Assembly: GCA_004292675.1 (NCBI GenBank) | Contig: RDXO01000015.1 | Coordinates: 9,115 to 73,114, forward strand | Direction of reading: 5' to 3' | Length of the DNA: 64,000 nucleotides | DNA from: Alphaproteobacteria bacterium | Lineage (GTDB): Bacteria > Pseudomonadota > Alphaproteobacteria > Rickettsiales > UBA998 | In this document: piece after piece, positions 1-8,207 of the stretch | Numbering within the stretch: position 1 is the stretch's first letter | Layout of the letters: every line of letters begins with the position of its first letter | Notes under the pieces: generated by a model | Told to the model about the DNA's origin: nothing | Seen by the model: only the letters and a program-made list of their open reading frames with translations | Database searches by the model: none | Translations under genes and position numbers: made by a program

Positions 1-454
1 GATCACATCTCGGTATTTGAGCATGAGCTATAATTTTATCACGAACTGGTTTGATTTCATTTTTGTAAAAATCATCCATATTCTTTCTTATGGTTTCTGT
101 TTCTGTCATTAATCTGTCAAAATCTTGTTTATTAAAAATACAGTTTTTCTTATTTTCAGATGCTTTTTCAAGTTTTTTAATAAACCCTTTAAGATTGTAT
201 TTTGAATCCTTATGATTATCCAAGATTCTAGAAATTCCCATGTAAAATTGACGTTGCTTTGAAAAACAAATTTCGTGATAAAAACAACCATATACATCAT
301 AATCTAAAATAATGAGTTTGGCTATATTGCCATTTTTCATTTTTTCACTAAGGGCAAGGTGGAATGCAAATGCAGCTATAACTTCATAAATTTCCTTCGT
401 CATTTCCCCTGACAAGCGAATTAATTGTTGCTCAAAACTTTCATTACTTTCCAT
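1..454 (-). CDS. HEPN-motif (Abi-like) protein, partial; the 3-prime end runs off the left window edge
   Basis: My own minus-strand translation from the ATG at 454-452 stays open to base 1 (MESNESFEQQLIRLSGEMTKEIYEV...DDFYKNEIKPVRDKIIAHAQIPRCD, at least 151 aa). It is absent from the ORF track because no stop lies inside the window. VRDKIIAH fits the HEPN Rx4-6H motif. GC is about 30 percent by eye. Confidence 0.5.
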   Translation of the reverse strand, partial: MESNESFEQQLIRLSGEMTKEIYEVIAAFAFHLALSEKMKNGNIAKLIILDYDVYGCFYHEICFSKQRQFYMGISRILDNHKDSKYNLKGFIKKLEKASENKKNCIFNKQDFDRLMTETETIRKNMDDFYKNEIKPVRDKIIAHAQIPRCD

Positions 455-481
455 CCCTACTAAACCCTACTCCCTAGCCCC
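455..481 (-). repeat. TAGGG-type G-rich repeat forming a G-quadruplex motif (G-rich on the minus strand)
   Basis: The minus strand reads GGGGctaGGGagtaGGGtttagtaGGG: four G-tracts with loops of 7 nt or less. It contains the stop codon of ORF 467-667. Confidence 0.6.
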
Positions 482-667
482 TAACTTAGCAATCACATTA
501 TACCCCTCTGCTATGTTGGATGGAATGGAAACCGCTGATTTCAAAAGCTGCGCTGTCAAACCAAAACGATGTTCTGCGGGAAAGGAGGTAGAGCAAGTGA
601 AGCAAACATTCGCAAGCGCAAAACTGCGTTGCCATATCTTCATTTCTTTGAAACTTTTTAGCTTCAC
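467..667 (-). pseudogene. truncated four-helix-bundle protein gene (23S rRNA intervening-sequence / Avd-like family)
   Basis: The 66-aa ORF (MKLKSFKEMKIWQRSF...AVSIPSNIAEGY) matches the N-terminal half of this family up to the NIAEGY motif, then stops. Full-length members are about twice as long. Confidence 0.5.
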
Positions 668-671
668 TAAA

Positions 672-694
672 CCCTACCCCCTAAACCCTAACCC

Positions 695-695
<1 letters not shown>
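672..695 (-). repeat. TAGGG-type G-rich repeat forming a G-quadruplex motif (G-rich on the minus strand)
   Basis: The minus strand reads GGGGttaGGGtttaGGGGGtaGGG. It overlaps the ilvC stop codon (695-697) and is similar to the repeat at 455-481. Confidence 0.6.
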
Positions 696-1774
<1,079 letters not shown>

Positions 1775-1808
1775 TCAAAATGCAAGCATTCTGTGCATGT
1801 TCCCGCGA

Positions 1809-2891
1809 CTATTTGCGTTCTTTATGAAAGCCACACCCTTCCATCTTTTGAAGCACACGCCATTGGGTATCCGTCATCATGGGTGTGAGTGACGATTGTT
1901 CCTGCGGATAGGATGTGAAAAAATCAATGCGTGATTTATGGGTTGGATGGGTAGAGAGCCAAGAAAACTGCTCGAATAATCCGCTTTCTTCCTTCATGCT
2001 ACGCGCAAAAAAATCTGCCACTTTGTGTACATCATAATGCTTTGCGTGCATGGCACGAGCTGCAAACTCATCAGCTTGCTGTTCTTTATCACGGCTATAG
2101 GCATTATGATATAATTCTGTGCCTAAAAACAACATAGTACCACCGCCACCTGTCGCCACTTCTAGGATCAATCCCATGCCCAAAACACGCACAAAATTTT
2201 CCATACTGTGATTATAGGCAACATGTCCAATTTCATGGGCAATGACTCCCGCCAATGCTTCAGGGCTTGCCGTTTGTTGAAGCAAGCTGTCAAATAGCAC
2301 GATCTGTCGTGCTGGCAAAGCAAAGGCATTGATTTCATCAGAATGCACGATCACAATGCTCACTGGTGCAATATTGTTTGCATGTGCGAAATCATCAGCC
2401 AAAGCCTGAAGCATCATGTGCGGTTGCGCATCCTGCGGGCAAACGAGCTTGCCCCGCGTGATTTCATCAAGCACTAATGCACCAAGTCTTTTTTCAACCG
2501 TTGCAGGTATCATTGTAGCAATCACAGGGGCAGAGGCGGGAATAGTTACGAACACGATCAATCCCACCAAAACCACCAATATGGCGATCATGACAATGAT
2601 ATTCCATGGTGTTTTTGTCTGTATATGGGGTTTTATCGCCTTAAATAAAGCATCATCAAGTAAAAGTTGCGATTCAGGAAATTGCGTGCAATGCGCATAG
2701 CCAGATTGCCCATCACGTGGAACATCCATGATCTGCAAATTCTCATAGGGGCAGAAGAATTTTTTATGCTGCTCTTTGTCACAAATCTCAATCCCCGTAG
2801 CAAAAACAGATACATCCACGGCTCTAGCGACGGCGTGCATTCCATCATAAAATGTAGTGTGATGCTGATGATTTCTATCAAATAAAACCAA
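1809..2891 (-). CDS. M48-family zinc metallopeptidase, membrane-anchored
   Basis: Has HEIGHVAYNH (HExxH), a central hydrophobic segment, and a 14-nt overlap with the upstream DUF898-like gene. Confidence 0.85.
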   Translation of the reverse strand: MVLFDRNHQHHTTFYDGMHAVARAVDVSVFATGIEICDKEQHKKFFCPYENLQIMDVPRDGQSGYAHCTQFPESQLLLDDALFKAIKPHIQTKTPWNIIVMIAILVVLVGLIVFVTIPASAPVIATMIPATVEKRLGALVLDEITRGKLVCPQDAQPHMMLQALADDFAHANNIAPVSIVIVHSDEINAFALPARQIVLFDSLLQQTASPEALAGVIAHEIGHVAYNHSMENFVRVLGMGLILEVATGGGGTMLFLGTELYHNAYSRDKEQQADEFAARAMHAKHYDVHKVADFFARSMKEESGLFEQFSWLSTHPTHKSRIDFFTSYPQEQSSLTPMMTDTQWRVLQKMEGCGFHKERK

Positions 2892-3843
2892 GGTCTACAT
2901 CCATTCCTGTATCAAACTGATCCGACAAACCCTCACCAATGCCACTCAACTGTGATTGCTGTTGCAGAATCGCTACATCTTCCAATGTGCCAACAATAGA
3001 CACATTGCGCGCATGGAATACCATCATACGATGTACAATAAGTGGCAGCCCTAAACCAAGCGTAATAATGAATAGCCCGATATTACCAAAAAAAAGTTTC
3101 GCATATGCTCCGCCTGTATACGCACCATGAAACCGAATATTGCCCAATGAGAGGTTCTCTAATTTTTTATTGGCAAGGGCGGCACGATACCAAAAACGTG
3201 AAATAAACAAGGTGGGTGCAGCAAGCAAACCTGTGATGATATTTGTTTTCTTCAGCCCCGATATATCCTCAACAAAAACCGCAGCTTGATTGCCAAGGAA
3301 CAGATGATTCATGATATAACTATGTTTCTTGATGTCGCTTTTGGGAATCGCGAAACCAAGCGTGAAGATATTCGCAAACATCCGCCTTATTGCTACGCTA
3401 GCATATTTATACGCATCACCCGTAAGCCGAAGACGAATACCCCTCCATGTCGTGCGCCCTAAGCGATAGCGTAATCCAGAATAACGAGCAATGAAGAACA
3501 GAAGCAACCATACATAATTAAGATAAAATGAATGTGTTACGGTTTCACTATTAGAAATCATAGCTATGATGTATGGTATTCCAGAAAGCAATCCATAGAT
3601 TAACGCTGCAATCACATAACCTTTGAAGATTTCTCCCCCCGTACCCGTGTAGCGTAGAGGATCACCCGCAATAACATAATGAGACCATATATATTTGCGC
3701 ATCCGCGTCTTTGCCCATGCACGGTACACCAATAACGTCACGATCATCAGCAGCAAGTTCTTAATCCATACCTTATAGATCTCACCCTTAGTTCCGCAAT
3801 ATTGCAATAAATTATTCTGAGATACATTACGCTGTTGCTGCAT
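2878..3843 (-). CDS. YjgN/DUF898-family polytopic membrane protein
   Basis: Multiple TM segments and a repeated G-x-GGE-[IY]-[FY] ... Y..WAK pattern typical of DUF898. It is paired with the M48 peptidase, as is often seen for this family. Confidence 0.7.
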   Translation of the reverse strand: MQQQRNVSQNNLLQYCGTKGEIYKVWIKNLLLMIVTLLVYRAWAKTRMRKYIWSHYVIAGDPLRYTGTGGEIFKGYVIAALIYGLLSGIPYIIAMISNSETVTHSFYLNYVWLLLFFIARYSGLRYRLGRTTWRGIRLRLTGDAYKYASVAIRRMFANIFTLGFAIPKSDIKKHSYIMNHLFLGNQAAVFVEDISGLKKTNIITGLLAAPTLFISRFWYRAALANKKLENLSLGNIRFHGAYTGGAYAKLFFGNIGLFIITLGLGLPLIVHRMMVFHARNVSIVGTLEDVAILQQQSQLSGIGEGLSDQFDTGMDVDLGFI

Positions 3844-3932
3844 CCGATGAATCCTTAAATTATGGCTTTTGAAAAAATGATATATCGATTTAGCACGTTC
3901 GGAATAAAATCACAAATTTATTTGTGTGACAA

Positions 3933-4168
3933 CTCACCACCCTTCACATTATGTAAATATTGCACGCTACGCATTCGGTCTTATGCTCTCCCGCCTGCGG
4001 GGGAGCTAGTGAAGCAAGGATTTCTCAAAAGAAATCCGATGCTGAACAGTGGGGGGGCATTCTATCCCCCCACCCAATCATCTGCGGTTTTTCGTTGAAA
4101 AACCTTGATTCTTGGACTCCCCCGCAGACGGGAGAGTAAACCATTCCTACCTCATGAGAGGTGGTGGG
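3933..4168 (+). mobile_element. MITE family 1, copy 1 (~236 bp, five-hairpin non-coding element)
   Basis: About nine in ten positions match the copies at 55905-56143 (reverse orientation) and 63314-63551, by eye. It is flanked by a perfect 9-bp direct repeat, gtgtgacaa, at 3924-3932 and 4169-4177. Imperfect terminal inverted repeats: ctcaccaccc... and ...ggtggtggg. Confidence 0.75.
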
Positions 4169-4200
4169 GTGTGACAATTTTGAGATGGATGCGACTTTGT

Positions 4201-4641
4201 TTATCCGCGCACCCCATAGATGGATGCGCTTTTACCCCAATGCCGTCTCCTGCCTGTGTCAATATGCAGGAATGTTGCATAAAAACCAAAACCCGTAAAA
4301 CCCGCTGTAAGGGCTGCATGATAAAGCTGCTCCCTGTTGTGGTTTAGCTCAACATTTCGCCCATCTATGGGGTGAAATGTACGTAAAGAAATGTCAAACG
4401 CCCGCCCGAAGCGATGCATACTCATAGGTGCGCCACCTACCTTGGCATTATGGATGGGATCACGATAAGCGGAAGTAATGATGAGCGGTTTGCCGATAAT
4501 CTCGCGCATCCGCTCCAACCTTGAAATTGCATCCTGATTCACCAATAATGAACCATCACCCTTGCTTGCCAATTCACGCGGGGTGAAATAGCGATACTGC
4601 CATCCGTTGGTAGGGATTAAAGAATAATGTTCAAAAAACAT
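4201..4641 (-). CDS. peptidase M15A-family cell-wall hydrolase (phage endolysin-like)
   Basis: SAYRDPIHNAKVGGAPMSMHRFGRAFDI ... FLHIDT fits the H-x6-D ... H zinc-site layout of the M15A/VanY-like family. No signal peptide. A GGGAGG Shine-Dalgarno lies 9 nt upstream of the start. Confidence 0.75.
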   Translation of the reverse strand: MFFEHYSLIPTNGWQYRYFTPRELASKGDGSLLVNQDAISRLERMREIIGKPLIITSAYRDPIHNAKVGGAPMSMHRFGRAFDISLRTFHPIDGRNVELNHNREQLYHAALTAGFTGFGFYATFLHIDTGRRRHWGKSASIYGVRG

Positions 4642-4871
4642 CAGTGTTCGCCTCCCATGTTCTGCTTAAGTTCGCTAATTGCCTCTGCCATGGCGCGGGT
4701 GCGTTCATCGATGCGGACTAATAATTCACGATCGGTGTGCATGTTTGATGTGCGTTTTTCTAGCACTTCCACCCGCGCTGATAGTTGGCTCGCATACCAA
4801 ATACCTGCTCCCATATTCCCAATCATCGCAATGATGATGCCTATCGCATTCCAATTTATAGTGTGATTCAT
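4641..4871 (-). CDS. small membrane protein (N-terminal TM plus coiled coil), holin-like candidate
   Basis: I placed the start at the internal ATG (4871) because GAGGAAGGGG lies upstream. One TM (WNAIGIIIAMIGNMGAGIWY) is followed by a charged helix. Its stop overlaps the M15 gene start (TGATG). Confidence 0.5.
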   Translation of the reverse strand: MNHTINWNAIGIIIAMIGNMGAGIWYASQLSARVEVLEKRTSNMHTDRELLVRIDERTRAMAEAISELKQNMGGEH

Positions 4872-4950
4872 TGAATAAAACCCCTTCCTCAACATAGGTT
4901 ATGCTGATTATGCATCATTGCCTTAGAGTTTTAATGACGGGAAGGGAAAA

Positions 4951-6321
4951 TTATGATGATTTAATAAACGCTACCATCTCCGCTTTAATGCGACTGCGCA
5001 AAACATACAAAGCAATGATATTCGGCAATGCCATGCCAAGGATAAACAAATCCGCTAAATCCAACACAACCGAAAAATGGCTGATGCCCCCAATAAAACA
5101 TGCAACGATATAGAACATATAATAGATACGAATGCTAGATTTTCCAAACAGATGACACCATGCTATTTCACCATAATAGCTCCATCCGATCGTCGTGCCA
5201 TAGGCAAAGAGCAGAACGTTAAACGCCAACATTGCCGTAAACCACGGACTCACCGTCGCAAATGCCTGTGCTGCAATCACCACCCCATCATCAATAGTAG
5301 CGTTGATGTGTGCATTGGTCACCACAACCATTAAACCAGTGAGCAGCGCGATAAAAGCAGCAAAGAGCGGCTCTACCAACGCTAATGTTCCTTCATGAGC
5401 AGGGCTTTGTACCGTGGCAGCAGCGTGCGCAATCGGAGCAGAACCAAGCCCCGCCTCATTGGCAAATAAGGCACGCTTAAACGCCAAGGCAATCATCACG
5501 AACATACCCCCTTGCGCAGCTTGCGCCGTGAATGCTTCCGTCAGCATGGCGTGCAGAGCGCGTGGCACTTCCTCATAATTCACCGCGAGAATAATCAGGG
5601 TGCAGAGCAGATACATAATGCCCTTCATCGGTGCGACCGCCCCCGCCACTTTTGCAATACGCTTAATCGAACCAAACAATACTAATCCTACCACTAAGGT
5701 GAACGCCCCTGCCACAATCCATGGCTTATCCTGCAACCACGCTATTTGATGAGAAAAAATCTTCACCGTCTGATTGGCTTGAAACATGCTCCCCCCACCC
5801 ACAGCACCACCAAGGCAAAATACCGCAAATAATGTCGCAAGGGCGCGCCCTAACTTCGGATACCCACGTTCTTTGAACCCTGTTTGCAGATAATGAATCG
5901 GACCACCATAGATTTTTCCGTCCGCATCCACAGTGCGGTAACATAAGGATAACGTCACTTCGGCAAATTTCGTCGCCATGCCAAATATGCCCATCACAAT
6001 AATCCAAAAAATTACTCCCGGACCTCCCACCGCGACCGCCACCGAAACACCCGCAATCGATCCCAACCCCACTGTTGCAGAAACCGCGGATAACACGGCT
6101 TGAAACGGACTAATCTCCCCCACCTCAGAACGCGATGCAGGGCGACGTATCAAACGACACGCAGTGGGCAATAAACGCAGATTCACCCCACCAAGATAGA
6201 CAGTAAAGAACAAAGCAGCACAAACCAACCATGCGACAATAAAAGGAAAACCTGCTATATCATAAAATAATAATGAAGAGAGGATTTGTACTAAAAAAGC
6301 AAGGAAGGATTCTATCATCAT
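4951..6321 (-). CDS. alanine/glycine:cation symporter (AGCS family)
   Basis: 456 aa and polytopic. GGPGVIFWIIVMGIFGMATKFAEVTL is typical of the AGCS family. Confidence 0.9.
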   Translation of the reverse strand: MMIESFLAFLVQILSSLLFYDIAGFPFIVAWLVCAALFFTVYLGGVNLRLLPTACRLIRRPASRSEVGEISPFQAVLSAVSATVGLGSIAGVSVAVAVGGPGVIFWIIVMGIFGMATKFAEVTLSLCYRTVDADGKIYGGPIHYLQTGFKERGYPKLGRALATLFAVFCLGGAVGGGSMFQANQTVKIFSHQIAWLQDKPWIVAGAFTLVVGLVLFGSIKRIAKVAGAVAPMKGIMYLLCTLIILAVNYEEVPRALHAMLTEAFTAQAAQGGMFVMIALAFKRALFANEAGLGSAPIAHAAATVQSPAHEGTLALVEPLFAAFIALLTGLMVVVTNAHINATIDDGVVIAAQAFATVSPWFTAMLAFNVLLFAYGTTIGWSYYGEIAWCHLFGKSSIRIYYMFYIVACFIGGISHFSVVLDLADLFILGMALPNIIALYVLRSRIKAEMVAFIKSS

Positions 6322-6368
6322 CTTAGTTCCACATAATTATTGCTGCAATCTCCTTAACCCCTACACTA

Positions 6369-6390
6369 TTGTCATAGTTTTGTCATATAG
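6369..6390 (+). promoter_or_regulatory. Pho-box-like direct repeat upstream of ORF 6424
   Basis: TTGTCATAGTT TTGTCATATAG: two 11-bp units, each starting with TTGTCAT (6 of 7 to the PhoB half-site CTGTCAT). A degenerate third unit follows. The repeat lies 34 nt upstream of the ATG and is followed by an AAGGGGA Shine-Dalgarno. Confidence 0.35.
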
Positions 6391-6423
6391 TTTTGTTAGT
6401 GTGCAGAAATAAGGGGATAGTTT

Positions 6424-7563
6424 ATGACCGCAATGGCAACACAACAGCAAACGAACGACCAACAAACGCAAGAAAAAGATGCTTCTCCTACGCTGAAAAT
6501 CGCAGGGCTAAGTTATATATTTGGTGATCTCATGATGCTGGGAAATGGACTAGCACGAGGGAACGATGCAGGCGGTCTTATCACGGGGGCAGCGATATGG
6601 TTAGCGGGTGGCATTGGTGCTGCCATGTTTGGCAACCCTGATACCGCAACAAGGCTGGATATTCATGCGCAACAAATAGAAGATTATCTCTCAAAACAAG
6701 GTATCGATCTTTCCCCTGAGATGCGACAAGGAGCGGATCTTTTTAAGGAAAAAAACGCTCTTGATAAAGCACGCATTTTTCTTTGTCAGCACCCATCGGA
6801 GCTACTCAATGCCGCTTATGCCTTAGGTGCAGCAGGGCTACTATATGATGGCATAAAGGAGATTCAGAATACCACGGAGATTCAGAATACCACGGAGAAC
6901 AAGGACAAGAACAAGATCCTGATACCAACAAAATTTCAAGACATTGGCAATGTGTCATCAATGTTTTGGATGGGCGCGCTGGTGATGTCAGGTGCATTAT
7001 GCAGCTTGCTTGTGAAAGAAGATCCAAAAGCCGTGGAACAAGCCAAAGATGGTAACTTCCTTGAGCAAACATGGGCAAAAATCAAACAGCAACCTCTGAG
7101 CGTCAGTGGTTCACTCTATTTTCTCAATAATGGCTTTACTGGGTTAAAAATAGCACAAGAGTTCAAGGAACGCAACGGCGATTATGCCAATGCTCCCATC
7201 AAACCACATTATTTTTCTTCCCTACAATTAGCATCTTATCTTTTTGGTAATTACAATTTAGCGCATTCCAAACGCGATCAAATAGCAGCAACGCCACTGC
7301 CAACGGAAGCGTTGGAACATTTGGAGATGTCCGTTGCGAAAATCATTGCCGCACAGCCCGAGCATCTACAGCAAAAATTGTTGGATGGTATCTGCAAAGA
7401 ACTTGCCGCCAATGATCCTTCGCTCAACGCAGAGACACTCAAAACATCCCTGCAGGATCATCTATCTACCCTTGCGCCACAAAACCCTAAGCCTACATCC
7501 TTTGCAGCCAAAGTTGCAGCGCAACAAATGGAATCCGCTGATCTTTCTATTAGGGCGCGGTGA
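6424..7563 (+). CDS. hypothetical membrane protein with an internal tandem repeat
   Basis: 379-aa ORF with a good Shine-Dalgarno, Gly/Ala-rich hydrophobic segments, and no family recognised. Confidence 0.6.
   Translation: MTAMATQQQTNDQQTQEKDASPTLKIAGLSYIFGDLMMLGNGLARGNDAGGLITGAAIWLAGGIGAAMFGNPDTATRLDIHAQQIEDYLSKQGIDLSPEMRQGADLFKEKNALDKARIFLCQHPSELLNAAYALGAAGLLYDGIKEIQNTTEIQNTTENKDKNKILIPTKFQDIGNVSSMFWMGALVMSGALCSLLVKEDPKAVEQAKDGNFLEQTWAKIKQQPLSVSGSLYFLNNGFTGLKIAQEFKERNGDYANAPIKPHYFSSLQLASYLFGNYNLAHSKRDQIAATPLPTEALEHLEMSVAKIIAAQPEHLQQKLLDGICKELAANDPSLNAETLKTSLQDHLSTLAPQNPKPTSFAAKVAAQQMESADLSIRAR
6858..6898 (+). repeat. in-frame 18-bp tandem repeat (2 units plus a partial unit)
   Basis: ggagattcagaataccac occurs twice in tandem, then ggaga. 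It encodes EIQNTT-EIQNTT-E. Confidence 0.9.
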
Positions 7564-7616
7564 TTTTTTCTGCTCCAACTTATCTAAAATATACTCACCA
7601 AAGTCGGGGATTATAA

Positions 7617-8117
7617 ATGAAGATAGGAGCGGTTGATCATAGCCATTTGGAGAGCATACGCCATATTGAACATGGCAATTATCCTAAACATCTGCATGAT
7701 ACGAATTCGGTCTTGAACACTATAGTATCATATAACAATGATTTTTGCTTTATAGCACAAGAAAATGCTATCATTGTTGGGTATCTTATTGCATATCCAA
7801 GTGATTCTCAAAGAGAGGATTTTCATCTTGGCTACATTAAAACCGATGTGATTGATTGTATTTATGTACATGATTTATGTATTTGCACGAGTGTAAAAAA
7901 TAGAGGGATAGGGACGATTTTATTTAATCACCTACAAACAACGGCAAAATCAGCAGGCTTTCAAAAAATTATTGGCATTTCTGTTAATGATTCCATTGAG
8001 TTCTGGAGAAAAAATGGGTTTATTCGTGTGTCATCTCATAATTACAATGGAGCAATAGGTCATAAAATAGAACATACCATTAGTTTCACTTGCACTAACT
8101 CAACATCTTTGAAGTGA
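7617..8117 (+). CDS. GNAT-family N-acetyltransferase
   Basis: The VKNRGIGTILFNHL ... FWRKNGF acetyl-CoA-binding pattern is present. GC is low (about 30-33 percent on the two lines I counted). Confidence 0.75.
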   Translation: MKIGAVDHSHLESIRHIEHGNYPKHLHDTNSVLNTIVSYNNDFCFIAQENAIIVGYLIAYPSDSQREDFHLGYIKTDVIDCIYVHDLCICTSVKNRGIGTILFNHLQTTAKSAGFQKIIGISVNDSIEFWRKNGFIRVSSHNYNGAIGHKIEHTISFTCTNSTSLK

Positions 8118-8122
8118 AATTG

Positions 8123-8171
8123 GGTATAGTCGTTTGACTAAACATGACTATACCACAATGATTTACAGTGC
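8123..8171 (+). repeat. palindromic repeat family 2, shortened copy
   Basis: ggtatagtcgtttgac...gactatacc acaatgatttacagtgc parallels tatagtcgtttgac...acgactata acactatgatttatagtgc at 24761. Confidence 0.6.
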
Positions 8172-8207
8172 ATCGCAAAAAAAATAGCATTTGTCTAAGC
8201 CTTTACC

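Noticed and set aside
109-300. Track ORF 109-300 (-), 63 aa.
   Set aside because: It is in a different frame within the longer open frame 1-454 (-), which carries a recognisable HEPN motif. The 63-aa peptide is a hydrophobic or low-complexity shadow.
467-667. The possibility that the four-helix-bundle gene marks a diversity-generating retroelement (Avd-like accessory protein).
   Set aside because: No reverse transcriptase gene and no template/variable repeat pair are visible in the window, and the gene itself is truncated. This cannot be excluded for the unseen sequence left of the window.
3862-4098. Track ORFs 3862-4098 (+), 63303-63491 (+), 55723-55995 (+) and 4105-4347 (+). Two of them share a near-identical peptide (PPFTLCKY...AGELVKQGFLKRNPMLN).
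   Set aside because: They lie inside or across copies of MITE family 1. The shared peptide is a by-product of the repeated DNA, its frame is not maintained across the third (reversed) copy, and the sequence is dominated by hairpins.
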